Source: a virus
Taxonomy: Duplodnaviria; Caudoviricetes
Length of the DNA: 64,000 bases
Virus record (IMG/VR): IMGVR_UViG_2920551333_000002
Span: 35,128 to 99,127 of that record
Direction: 5' to 3' (one strand)
Shown here: one piece after another, positions 9,474 to 18,759 of the stretch
Position numbering within the stretch: the stretch's first letter is position 1
Layout of the letters: every line of letters starts with the position of its first letter
Program-made: the position numbers and the translations under genes
The notes under the pieces: generated by a model
What the model saw: the letters and a program-made list of their open reading frames with translations, nothing else
Told to the model about the DNA's origin: nothing
The model's database searches: none

Positions 9474-9946
9474 TACGCTCCTGTCTGCAGAAGCGCCCGC
9501 TGCTGTTCCAGGCGCGTGGCCGCGGCCTTCACCGGGTCGATCCGCACGTACGACCGCAGCGGGGCGAGCACGTCGGCTGCCTTCCGCGCGGCCGCCGTCC
9601 GAGCCTTCGGTACGGCTGTCGCGACCGTCGCGTGGTCGCGACGGCATCGCTCGACCCGCTCCAGCACAGCGGCGCGGGCTTCCTCTCCCGGCATCTGCCA
9701 TGGGTTCGTCTCGGGCAAGTTCGGCTCGTAGACGGGATGGACAGCGCGGTGCATCAGCACGTCGATCACCTCGTCCGTCGACGCCAGGCCGCACGCCACA
9801 GCGGTGGACTCGATCGCCACCTTCGGCAGGAACACCCCGACCGTGACACCGTCGCTGGCCCGGGTCAGCATGATCTCCCATGCGTCGATCCGCCCGGACT
9901 CGTCGGCGGTGTCGGTCACCTCCGTGACCTGCCATGCGTCCGGCAT
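9473..9946 (-). CDS. Tail-associated protein (partner of tail-tip copy 1)
   Basis: MPDAWQVTEV...; paralogous pattern to 5910..6581; RBS GGAGG. Confidence 0.65.
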   Translation of the reverse strand: MPDAWQVTEVTDTADESGRIDAWEIMLTRASDGVTVGVFLPKVAIESTAVACGLASTDEVIDVLMHRAVHPVYEPNLPETNPWQMPGEEARAAVLERVERCRRDHATVATAVPKARTAAARKAADVLAPLRSYVRIDPVKAAATRLEQQRALLQTGA

Positions 9947-9948
9947 CG

Positions 9949-12693
9949 TCACCTCCAGGCCCAGATATGGAACGTCCGGCTCGGCGCGGGAGACCCAGCG
10001 GCCGGATCGTAGAAGAACAGGTCGCCGTTGCTGCGGGAATACAGCTGCATGTTCGTGGTCTGCTCGGCCGTGAACACCACCTTCGGCACGGTCGGGAAGC
10101 TGTACCCGAGCACCACCTGGTAGTAGGTGGCGCCCTTCGTCGCCGTGACCGAAATCATGATCAGACCGGAGTCGTCGGCGTACATCCACGTGCCCCGGTG
10201 AAGCGTCCCCGCCTGGTCGAGCACAAGGAGCTGGTCCTGCTGCGTCGGGTGCGTCCACCCGATCGACGCCTGCCCCTCCACCGCCGACACCGCGCCGCCG
10301 CGCTGCTCACCGTTCGACGGGTTCAGGATCGCTGCCTGCCAGAAGCCGGCCGCGTGCGTCAGGCGGCACATCGCGGTGCCCGGCTGGTTGGTGCCCGACT
10401 CCATGATCAGGGTCGCCTCCCCTGTGAAGCGGCTACCGTCGCTGTAGATACGCGACTGGTTGATGCCGCTGCCAGGGATGAACCGGATCTCAGGGGCCGC
10501 CGCGCCCGCAGGGTTGACCACCACCCGCGCGCCCGTCACCCCGGACGCGAGCTGACCCACGATGGACACCGCCCCCGTGGCGGCCGAGATGCTGGCGGTC
10601 TGCTGGCCGGAGCCGTTGAACGCCGCCAGGCCCGAGCTGTTGAGCTCGACCCGAGAACCGGACGCGCTGCCCGCGACGACGCGGGTGGACAGCGTGAGCA
10701 CCGCGGCGAGCTTGTCGGCCACCACCGCGCCGGCCTTGATGTGCTGCGCATCGACCGCGCCCACCGCGAGCTTGTCAGTAGTGACCGCGTTCGCGACCAG
10801 CGCGCCCGTCGTGATCGACTCGTTCGCGGCGTCGCCCTGGACGAGCTGCACCGCGGCGATCGTCGCCGACGCGGACGGAGCCGACTCGTTACCAGACCTG
10901 TCACGAGCGGTGAACCGGAACTGCCTGTCCGCGCCGTACGAGAGGCCCGGCACGAGAATCGCCCCGGCCTCCCCCAGCACGCCGATCTCCGACCAGCCGG
11001 GCGCAAGCGGGTCCTGTATCCACACGCGGACGTGCAGGAAGTCCGGCGGCATCGGCGCCGAGCCGACCCCGAGCCCGGACCAGGTCACCCGGACCACGCC
11101 GAGCCGCGTGGAGAGCTGCGGGGCGGTCGGTACGGGCGGCGCTTCGTCGTCGTCGGGGATCGTCACCGCCACCTGACTGGAGAACGGGCCGGTCTTGCCG
11201 ACGTTCACCGCCCGGACCTTGAAGGCGTACGACTCGCCGCTGACGAGCGGCGAGTACGTGGCCGTGGTGTCGCCCGCCGGAGTGGAGGTGACGAGGAACC
11301 ACGGCTGCCCCTGCTGGTTGATCCGCATGAACAGCTCGTAGCCGCCCACGGTGAGCGCGACCCCTCCGGCATCGGTGGTGACTGCGCCCCATGAGACCGT
11401 CACCTGCCCGTGCGGCAGCCCGTGCTCATCGATGTACGGCAGCGGGTTCACCAGCAGTCCGGTCGGGGCCGCCGGCGTGCGCGGCTCGGGCGCTTCCGGG
11501 CTCGGTTGCGCCCCTGACCCTCCGTCCGCCGTCGAACCGCCGACGATCCCGGCCGTCCGGCGGGCCAGCCGGATGTCCCGCTCCAAGAACCGGTCGTTGA
11601 GGACGAGCGACCCGCCGAGCACGCCTGTCGAGGTGCGCGCCAACGTCACCTGCCGGACGCGCAGCGGCTCCAGAACTCCGCCGTCTCCTGGCGCGAGCAC
11701 CCGGTCACCGGGCTGGTAGTCCTTCAGCGGCAACCAGCGTGCGCCGGGGATGACGATGCCTCGCGTTCGCTGCACCCGCTCGCGCCCGGCGCGCTCGAGC
11801 GCGGATTGCGCGAGGATCGTCGCAGTGCCCTCGTCGGCGATGCCGCCCGCGCCGACGTACTGCTCCCACCGCCCCCACGGCTGCGCTGCAGCGGGGTTGG
11901 TGAACGTCTTCACCAGGCCGTGGTCCCCGACGAGCAGCACCGACGACGCCAGATCCTCCAGCGTCGCGTCGTCCGGCGCCTCCGCGATGTCGCGGCCGTA
12001 TCGCAGGTCCACCGGGGCAGGTCCGGCCGCCAGGTCGTCGTTCAGCGTGTCAGGGTTGAACACCTGCAGCGTGCGGCCAGCCATGCGGAAGTCGCACACG
12101 CCCTGCTCGGCAAGGTTCTGCAGCGCCGTCAGCGCGTCCATGCCGGGCTGGTAGTAGATGTTGATGACCTTGTTCCAGGCGTGCCCTGCGCTGTCCTCGT
12201 CCGGGTTGAAGTCCCAGTTCAGGCCGGGTACCGCTTCGCGGCCCGGGGCCTTGGCCTCGGCGATGAACGTCTGCAGGATCTCGCCCGCCGTCGCGGAGAG
12301 GAACGCCCTCTTGCCGTCCACCAGCGGCACCGCACCGGGGTGGAGCACCACCTTACGGAGCATCCACACGAAGCCGGGCAGCTCGAACCTGAACAGCCCA
12401 GTCGAGTCGGAGCTGTCACCGCGGCGCTTGATGCGCAGGAACCGCGAGTCGGGCCCTTCGGTCCAGACGGTGCCGTCGACGCTCCACTCGACGGCGATCT
12501 CGCATGGCTGGTGGAGCAGGGCGGCGCCCACCGCGGTGGTGGTGTAGGTCAGCTTGAGCGACGGCACATCGTTCAAGGGCAAACCCGCCTCGAACGTCAG
12601 CGGGTGCGGGAGCACACCGAGCCGGCCACCGAAAGGCGCGTAGGCTACGAGTCGAAGATCAAACACCGGCCCCCTTGCCCATTCGATGGTCAC
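9949..12693 (-). CDS. Large minor tail/tail-tip protein with fibronectin-III-like domains (copy 1)
   Basis: 914 aa, collinear with 6593..9328; the alternative GTG start at 12666 has the better RBS. Confidence 0.85.
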   Translation of the reverse strand: MTIEWARGPVFDLRLVAYAPFGGRLGVLPHPLTFEAGLPLNDVPSLKLTYTTTAVGAALLHQPCEIAVEWSVDGTVWTEGPDSRFLRIKRRGDSSDSTGLFRFELPGFVWMLRKVVLHPGAVPLVDGKRAFLSATAGEILQTFIAEAKAPGREAVPGLNWDFNPDEDSAGHAWNKVINIYYQPGMDALTALQNLAEQGVCDFRMAGRTLQVFNPDTLNDDLAAGPAPVDLRYGRDIAEAPDDATLEDLASSVLLVGDHGLVKTFTNPAAAQPWGRWEQYVGAGGIADEGTATILAQSALERAGRERVQRTRGIVIPGARWLPLKDYQPGDRVLAPGDGGVLEPLRVRQVTLARTSTGVLGGSLVLNDRFLERDIRLARRTAGIVGGSTADGGSGAQPSPEAPEPRTPAAPTGLLVNPLPYIDEHGLPHGQVTVSWGAVTTDAGGVALTVGGYELFMRINQQGQPWFLVTSTPAGDTTATYSPLVSGESYAFKVRAVNVGKTGPFSSQVAVTIPDDDEAPPVPTAPQLSTRLGVVRVTWSGLGVGSAPMPPDFLHVRVWIQDPLAPGWSEIGVLGEAGAILVPGLSYGADRQFRFTARDRSGNESAPSASATIAAVQLVQGDAANESITTGALVANAVTTDKLAVGAVDAQHIKAGAVVADKLAAVLTLSTRVVAGSASGSRVELNSSGLAAFNGSGQQTASISAATGAVSIVGQLASGVTGARVVVNPAGAAAPEIRFIPGSGINQSRIYSDGSRFTGEATLIMESGTNQPGTAMCRLTHAAGFWQAAILNPSNGEQRGGAVSAVEGQASIGWTHPTQQDQLLVLDQAGTLHRGTWMYADDSGLIMISVTATKGATYYQVVLGYSFPTVPKVVFTAEQTTNMQLYSRSNGDLFFYDPAAGSPAPSRTFHIWAWR

Positions 12694-12947
12694 GGCTTCG
12701 GACAGCCGACGTCTCGCCCTGATTTCTGCAGATTCTCACGGAGATGACTCGCAGCGGCGTACGCTGATCGACAAAGCAGGTTGCGCGCAACCTCACATCG
12801 ATGGACGCTTCCCTGAGATCATCACCTGCTTAGCGGCTATCAGGTGGTGAAGCTTCTAATTGCACACTTCGGCCGGGTCGGCACATCCGGCATTCTTCGT
12901 TGCTCAGCCTTGATACTGCATATCAACGATAGGAGGATCCTCCTGAG

Positions 12948-13925
12948 ATGGCTTCGCCCCACGACTTCATCGCCGCTATCCGGCGCGAGTTAAACCGCCT
13001 CGATGCCCACTCCCTCAGCGCCACACTTCTCGCGCATCAGTACAAGATTATGAATCTGGTCGAGAATCCGCCTCTATCGGAGATCTCCGAGGTGGAGGTG
13101 ATCGAGAATCTTGAGGAAATCGAATGGACTATCTCAAAGGTAGATAGTTCCGCCGCCGATTACGCCAACGAGGTCTCCCTACTACCCGGGTTTGGAGACC
13201 GTGACGTTCAAGCCCATCGCTATTCAGCCATCCTCCTAACCCAGAACCTGTTCCGACTCAAGCAGCGGACAGCCAACCTGCTGAATGTGCTGGGCGTTAC
13301 AGACCATACTGGGCTGCTGGTGCCCGAGACAGAGTGGCTGCACTACCGTCCGCAATCCCAGCCTCCTGCAAGTACGATCGAGGATGAGTTTGCAGATGCG
13401 CTAGACGAACTTAGCATCGGCTTCCCGGAAAACATGGCACGGCATGTCCCGTTAGTTCTCTATATCAAACACGGAGACCATCTGGCAGCGCGCCAAGCGA
13501 TGAGAGACCTTGCTGAGGAGTACGGCAGCACCGAGGAGTTCCCACCCTTAGAAGGGTCGTTCTTTCAGCGGTTCCGCCTCTGGACGCAACGCCGGGGCGC
13601 TCAGGAACTTGGCGACGCCATGCGCCGCGTAGCCGAACTACCGCTAGAAGAACAGCAGGCCAACGTTAACTCTCTGAATGCCGAAGCAGTCAGCAAGCTC
13701 ATCACCGCCCTCGACAACACCGAAACGGCCGCCGGACTCGTTGGCTCCATACTGGTGATCAAAGTCAACGGCGCCATGAACTTTCGCACCTTGACCAATC
13801 GCGAGATTATCTACCTCGGCCAGCATCCTGGGCTCATTCGGGATCCCGCGAGCATGCAGGTAGCGCTCGACGCGCTAGCGATTGAGGCTAACGACCCTGT
13901 CGAAAGCCGATGGCTGCAAGATTGA
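12948..13925 (+). CDS. Moron gene, hypothetical 325-aa protein
   Basis: Antisense to the tail operon, visibly lower GC, RBS AGGAGG, own AT-richer upstream region. Confidence 0.8.
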   Translation: MASPHDFIAAIRRELNRLDAHSLSATLLAHQYKIMNLVENPPLSEISEVEVIENLEEIEWTISKVDSSAADYANEVSLLPGFGDRDVQAHRYSAILLTQNLFRLKQRTANLLNVLGVTDHTGLLVPETEWLHYRPQSQPPASTIEDEFADALDELSIGFPENMARHVPLVLYIKHGDHLAARQAMRDLAEEYGSTEEFPPLEGSFFQRFRLWTQRRGAQELGDAMRRVAELPLEEQQANVNSLNAEAVSKLITALDNTETAAGLVGSILVIKVNGAMNFRTLTNREIIYLGQHPGLIRDPASMQVALDALAIEANDPVESRWLQD

Positions 13926-14135
13926 GTCAGTAATCAATGCCGATGATCTTGAGCCACAACCTATCCTGCCTCACCATAATCGAGGGCATCGTGATCCTCC
14001 CTCTTCACGGCCCAAGCGACCTCCACATGACTCCGCCAGCGTCATGCTCGCCGCCGTGTGACCGCCAGAGCTCGACGCCGACCTCCTGGCGGAGCGGCTG
14101 ACGGTCGCTGCTGCGCAGAGCCCCGCGCGAGCCGG

Positions 14136-15005
14136 TCATAGGTAGGCGCGCCGCGCCCTGATCTCCACCTTCGACGAGGCGTTCGTGCTCGTGGCGGCTG
14201 TGGAGACCAGCACCGCACGGGAGAACGGGTCGTTAACCGCAACGGATGGCGTCAGGTGCAGCCAGCGGAACTGTGAGCCGGGGCCGATTGCGTCGATCTC
14301 CCCGGTCACGTCGTCCCCGCTGGCCAGGTTCCACGTGTCCGTGGTCACCTTCGCGGCCTGCATGCGGCCGCAGTCGATGATCAGCCGCTCCCCCGCCAGC
14401 AGGCCACCTGCGCGGAGCACCCATCCGCCCGTTGCGACGTCTCCGATGGACGGCTGCACGGCCGGGCCTGTGAAGCGCAGCAGCGCGTCCACGATGGGCC
14501 CGGTCGAGCCGGCGAGGCTGGTGACGGCCTGGGCGAGCTGGTTGGGCGCGCCCTCCCAGGTGGACTCGGTCTCGTCGCGCCACAGCGCGCCCGGCACCTC
14601 GACCACTGCGGTGAGTCGGGCGGTTGCGGCGCCGGTGTTGACCTCCGGTTCGGTGCTGGCCGTGATCTGCACGTCGGCGACGCGGACGAGGTTGCCCGCC
14701 TGGTAGCGGAGCTTCATCAGTCGGTGCCGCGTCCCAAGGAGCGCCGACAGCGCTTCCAGGTTGCGCTCCATCTGCTCATATCCGCCGTCCGCCCCCGCGG
14801 GGGTGGCCGAGCTGACCTTGAAGGCCAGGCCGAACGTCGTGGCCTCCAGGTCGAGGCCGACGACCGGGATGTCCCCGTGCCTGCCCGGCACGCTGACCTT
14901 GACGGCCCGCGCGCCGGGCAAGGGCCGCCTCTGCGTCCCCTTCTTGAGTCTCCAGCAGCCGGCCGGATGGTCCAGCGGCACGCCGTCGAGCGAGTAGCTA
15001 GGCAC
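14136..15005 (-). CDS. Distal tail (Dit-like) protein
   Basis: Directly after the tape measure; VSVPGRHG motif; ends RRAYL. Confidence 0.75.
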   Translation of the reverse strand: MPSYSLDGVPLDHPAGCWRLKKGTQRRPLPGARAVKVSVPGRHGDIPVVGLDLEATTFGLAFKVSSATPAGADGGYEQMERNLEALSALLGTRHRLMKLRYQAGNLVRVADVQITASTEPEVNTGAATARLTAVVEVPGALWRDETESTWEGAPNQLAQAVTSLAGSTGPIVDALLRFTGPAVQPSIGDVATGGWVLRAGGLLAGERLIIDCGRMQAAKVTTDTWNLASGDDVTGEIDAIGPGSQFRWLHLTPSVAVNDPFSRAVLVSTAATSTNASSKVEIRARRAYL

Positions 15006-15006
15006 C

Positions 15007-17376
15007 TCAGATCACTCCTATCGCGCCGACGTACTGGAGCGACCGGTTCACGCTCACGCTCGTGGGTTCGGCCTGCGGATAGTGGTTGGTCACGTTGACC
15101 ACCGTGCGCGACAGTGCCCGGCCGCCGCCGAGTCCTTCGGGCACGTTGACCCCGGGTACTGACAGGTCTGGCATCGCGGTCTTCGCAGTGAGCGCCGCCG
15201 CCTTCTTCACGGAGGAGACGACGAGTCCGCGGGTCTTGTCGATGCCGATCGACATGCCACGCATCATGAAGTGCCCGATCTGGGCAAACACGCGTGATGG
15301 TGAGTTGATGCCGAGGGCGTCCTTGGCGCTCTTGACGATGTTGGAAAAGAAGCCGCTGACCTTGGCGTACAGGTTGGAGGCCAGCGACTGGAGCTTGCCC
15401 CAGAAGCCGTCCACGACCGACTGGGCTACGCCCGCCATTACCGAACCTATGTTCGATACCGCGTTCTTGATCTTGCCTGGCAGATCACGGAAGAAGCCGA
15501 CCAGCGTGGTTCCGAGCCACCTGCCAATACCGTTGACCAGGTCCGGAATGATGCTGTGCCCGATCAGCACGTTATAGAACCACTGGAACTTGGCGACCAC
15601 ACGTTCGATCCAAGGAACGATGATGTTGATCACTTCCGCGACCTTGACGGCGAAAGTCGCAAAGCCTTGCGTGAGCTTCGTCAGGAGGCCGATCATCGGG
15701 GACGACTTCAGGACCTGCTCGACGAACTTGACCGCCAATTCGGTAAAGATCGGGAGAAGAGGCTCAATTGCCTTAAAAAGGGATGAAAAGGCAGGAAAGA
15801 GCTGATTCTGGAGAATTGGGACAAGTTCCAGGAAAGGCGGCAGCAATGCGGTGATCACCGTGGCCGCCAATTGTCCCAAAAGCGACAAAACGGGCTCCAT
15901 GATCGGAGCGAGCGTCGCGAAGGCGGTCGAGATCAGCGACAGAACGGGAGCCAGCGCTTCCGCCAGCGCCGCGATCAGCGGCCCAAGTAGTGCCGCCAGA
16001 TTCGTGAGCGCGACACCCAGGGCCTGGCCGATAATGCCCGCAAGCTGGCCAATTACAGGAAGTAGTGGAGCGACTGCGGCGAGTGCTGTCGACAGTCCCT
16101 GACCCAGCGCGAGCAAGCCCGCCTGCAGCTCAGGCGAAGCGAACGCCTTTGAAAGCATTTCCGCAATTAGCGTCAGTCCAGGACCGAGCGCGGCCAGAGC
16201 CGGCCCGAGCGCCGAGACCGCAGCCGCCAGCCCCGGACCCAAGGCCGTCGCGATGGACGCGATGTGCGGCGCGACCTGCGCTGCCGCACCGGCCAGCGCC
16301 TTGAAGATCGGCATCAAGGCACTTCCGACAGCCGAAAGGCTCTGGAAGATCGTGACCAAGATCTTCTGGCCCTCAGCGCTCGACAGGAAGGCGTTGAGCT
16401 GATCAAGGAGCTGGCCCACCACGCCGAGCGCACCCTGCCCGCCCGACGACATCGCGGTGAAGATCGACTTTATGATGCCGACGACGTCACCAGCGACCTG
16501 GCCGAGCTGCCGAAACACATCGACGGCGGTCTGCATCCAATTAAAAGCGGAACCGCTTTTAGCAGCATTTGAAAGAAACTCGCCGAACCTCGTCGCCGCC
16601 GAAGCGATACCAGGGGCCAGCCCGGACGAGAACTGGGCACCCACAACCGCGATGTCGCGAAAGCCCGCCAGGACGGGCTCAATGGCAGGCCGCAGCGCGG
16701 CGACCGCCGACCGCAGCGACCCGAAGACACTCGTGATCGCCGACACCGTCGCCGAGGAGGACGCGAACCGTGCCACTGCCGCACCAGCGAGACCGAACTC
16801 CCCCGCAACGCCCTGCATCCCGCTGCGCAGCGGCCCAACCACGGCGTCCGCGACGGCCCGGATCTGCCCAGCCAGCGGCGCGAAGAACGCGTCCTGCACG
16901 GCGGACCGCAGCCCGTCCACGGCCGGCTTGACCGTGCGCAGCTCACGCGCAGCCGCCTGCGCCGCAGGTGACAGCCCCTTCAGACTCTCCTCGAACTTCT
17001 TCGGGTCGTCCCCCAGGGCCGCAGAGAAGGCGTCACCGACGCCGGTCAGCGCGATCTTGAGCGTGGCCAGCGCCGCCTGAGTCAGCGCGATCGCACCCGG
17101 CAGAGCAGCAACGATCCCGCCCGCCGGGGCCAACGCTGCAGCGAGACCGACCGCGCCCTGCGCGGCCGTCGCCATCGAGGCCGCCAGGAAGGCAGCCTTG
17201 AGCGCCGCGCCGGTGAACTGTAGGCCCACCGACCCCGCGCGCTTGGCGAGGCCGCCGATGTCGATGTCGACCTTCTTCGCGGCCTCCCGGACAGAGGACA
17301 TGAACCGGCGCACCGTGTGCGTGCCCCGATCCCGCACCTCGATCGTCGCGAACAACTCGCCGACATTCAGCGCCAC
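15007..17376 (-). CDS. Tape measure protein
   Basis: 789 aa, Ala/Gly/Leu-rich helical; LNVGELFA start; LIGHSIIPDLVNGI and LGINSPSRVF motifs. Confidence 0.92.
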   Translation of the reverse strand: MALNVGELFATIEVRDRGTHTVRRFMSSVREAAKKVDIDIGGLAKRAGSVGLQFTGAALKAAFLAASMATAAQGAVGLAAALAPAGGIVAALPGAIALTQAALATLKIALTGVGDAFSAALGDDPKKFEESLKGLSPAAQAAARELRTVKPAVDGLRSAVQDAFFAPLAGQIRAVADAVVGPLRSGMQGVAGEFGLAGAAVARFASSSATVSAITSVFGSLRSAVAALRPAIEPVLAGFRDIAVVGAQFSSGLAPGIASAATRFGEFLSNAAKSGSAFNWMQTAVDVFRQLGQVAGDVVGIIKSIFTAMSSGGQGALGVVGQLLDQLNAFLSSAEGQKILVTIFQSLSAVGSALMPIFKALAGAAAQVAPHIASIATALGPGLAAAVSALGPALAALGPGLTLIAEMLSKAFASPELQAGLLALGQGLSTALAAVAPLLPVIGQLAGIIGQALGVALTNLAALLGPLIAALAEALAPVLSLISTAFATLAPIMEPVLSLLGQLAATVITALLPPFLELVPILQNQLFPAFSSLFKAIEPLLPIFTELAVKFVEQVLKSSPMIGLLTKLTQGFATFAVKVAEVINIIVPWIERVVAKFQWFYNVLIGHSIIPDLVNGIGRWLGTTLVGFFRDLPGKIKNAVSNIGSVMAGVAQSVVDGFWGKLQSLASNLYAKVSGFFSNIVKSAKDALGINSPSRVFAQIGHFMMRGMSIGIDKTRGLVVSSVKKAAALTAKTAMPDLSVPGVNVPEGLGGGRALSRTVVNVTNHYPQAEPTSVSVNRSLQYVGAIGVI
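16540..16563. promoter_or_regulatory. Dispersed 24-bp inverted-repeat motif copy (intragenic)
   Basis: ATTAAAAGCGGAACCGCTTTTAGC. Confidence 0.7.
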
Positions 17377-18068
17377 CGGGATTCACCTCCTGAGGTCTGG
17401 ACTGGGGTGAAGCCAGCGGAACGCTGGTCAAGGACAGCCCGAGCGATGAACTCGGTGTAGGCGGGAGGAATCGCCTGCCGGATCTCCCGGCGGGCGCTGG
17501 TCCAGTCGATGCCCATGGCCTGCTGCCACTCGGCGACGGACCCCTTGCCACCGCCTTTGCCGTACACCGCGATGTACGGGCCCTGGTGCCACTCGCCATG
17601 GCGGTAGCCGGCGACACGGCCGCGGTGCTGCGGATGCTCGGGCTGCTCGACGCGGATGCCGCCGAGCTCGAACCATCGGTGCCGCAGCACCGCCAGCTCG
17701 GGGAACATCGCGCCGCACAGCATCAGGTCCCGCTTGATCGGCGCGGTCGGGACGTTCTCGATCACCCACGGCCGGCCGGTCGCCTCCAGAGCCCGCCGCG
17801 TCTCCGCGATGAGGTCCGGGTAGACACGGCGGCCCTGGTTCGTGCCGGTCGTCAACGTCGCGAACGCCTGACACGGCGGCGACGCGTGGATCAGGTCAAA
17901 CTCATGGCCGTGCGCGGCGATGTACTCGATCGCGTCGCCGCGCACGAACTCATCCCCGCAGTAGCGCGGCATCGGCCGGATATCCACGCCGACGACGTGG
18001 ACCCCGACGCGCTGGTAGCCGCGAGTCGCCCCGCCCACACCACAGAACGCGTCAAGGACACGCCTCAC
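17367..18068 (-). CDS. DNA cytosine-C5 methyltransferase
   Basis: LDAFCGVGG (motif I), SPPCQ (IV), IENV (VI), QAIPP (X-like). Confidence 0.88.
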   Translation of the reverse strand: MRRVLDAFCGVGGATRGYQRVGVHVVGVDIRPMPRYCGDEFVRGDAIEYIAAHGHEFDLIHASPPCQAFATLTTGTNQGRRVYPDLIAETRRALEATGRPWVIENVPTAPIKRDLMLCGAMFPELAVLRHRWFELGGIRVEQPEHPQHRGRVAGYRHGEWHQGPYIAVYGKGGGKGSVAEWQQAMGIDWTSARREIRQAIPPAYTEFIARAVLDQRSAGFTPVQTSGGESRWR

Positions 18069-18385
18069 CGCCGCCCCTCGGGGTCCAGCGAGCGGGCCAG
18101 CCGCGAGTCACACGTCAACAGTCCGAGCAGCCGCGCCCGCAGCCACCGCCACGACCGGGTCCGCAGCACGCCCGGCTCGCCGACGTCGATGCCGAACGTC
18201 TCGTGCAGGTCCGGCTCGACGAGCGCCCAACGGTTCAGGATGTCGTGCCAGGAGACGGTGCGGCCTTTCGAGACCGAGAGGCCGTCGTCCGGGTCGTAGT
18301 AGTCGCGGATCCCCGAGATCGGGTCGATTTCGCCGCCGCGGCTGTCGCCCGGCGCGTCGCCCGATTCGGGGCCGGGGCTTCCCCC
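18065..18385 (-). CDS. Tail assembly chaperone, -1 frameshift extension (gpGT-like)
   Basis: Frame entered at GGGGGAA; W..VE.DL...FGID...RSWRWLRARLLGLL typical of actinophage gpT. Confidence 0.75.
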   Translation of the reverse strand, partial: GGSPGPESGDAPGDSRGGEIDPISGIRDYYDPDDGLSVSKGRTVSWHDILNRWALVEPDLHETFGIDVGEPGVLRTRSWRWLRARLLGLLTCDSRLARSLDPEGRR

Positions 18386-18759
18386 GTCGTACCGCCCGAG
18401 GCCCACACCTTCGCGGCAGCGTCCTTACCGGCCGCGATCCACACCAGCGCGGTCGCGCCGACGTGCTGGATCTTGGGCCAGCTCACCCCGTCCGCGCGCA
18501 GCTCGTCCCAGGTCGGGCCGAGGATGCGCTGGTACAGGTCGCGCTCCTCTTCGTCGTTCAGCACGACCTCGACCAGCTCGGTGAGCTTGGGGTCGTCCAC
18601 CGCCTGGCCCTGCTCGGCCGCCAGGCCGGCGTGCATGAGCCGCTGGCACAGCAGGCCGACCTCGGCGTCCGGGGCGGGGACGCGATACCACTTCCCGCCC
18701 ACGGGGAGCGGCAGCGAGTCGTCGAAGAAGTCGTCGAGGTCCTGGAACTGGGTCGTCAC
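18235..18759 (-). CDS. Tail assembly chaperone (gpG-like)
   Basis: Between the major tail and tape measure genes; GTG overlaps the upstream stop; ...TGEA.APNRA.RR. Confidence 0.8.
   Translation of the reverse strand: MTTQFQDLDDFFDDSLPLPVGGKWYRVPAPDAEVGLLCQRLMHAGLAAEQGQAVDDPKLTELVEVVLNDEEERDLYQRILGPTWDELRADGVSWPKIQHVGATALVWIAAGKDAAAKVWASGGTTGEAPAPNRATRRATAAAAKSTRSRGSATTTTRTTASRSRKAAPSPGTTS
18379..18385 (-). other. Programmed -1 ribosomal frameshift site GGGGGAA
   Basis: G GGG GAA (Gly-Glu) in the chaperone gene; the -1 frame is open to 18065. Confidence 0.75.

Noticed and set aside
6593-12693. Diversity-generating retroelement or invertible shufflon acting on the tail genes
   Set aside because: No reverse transcriptase, no near-identical TR/VR pair with adenine-specific differences, both copies in the same orientation, and no adjacent invertase or crossover repeats.
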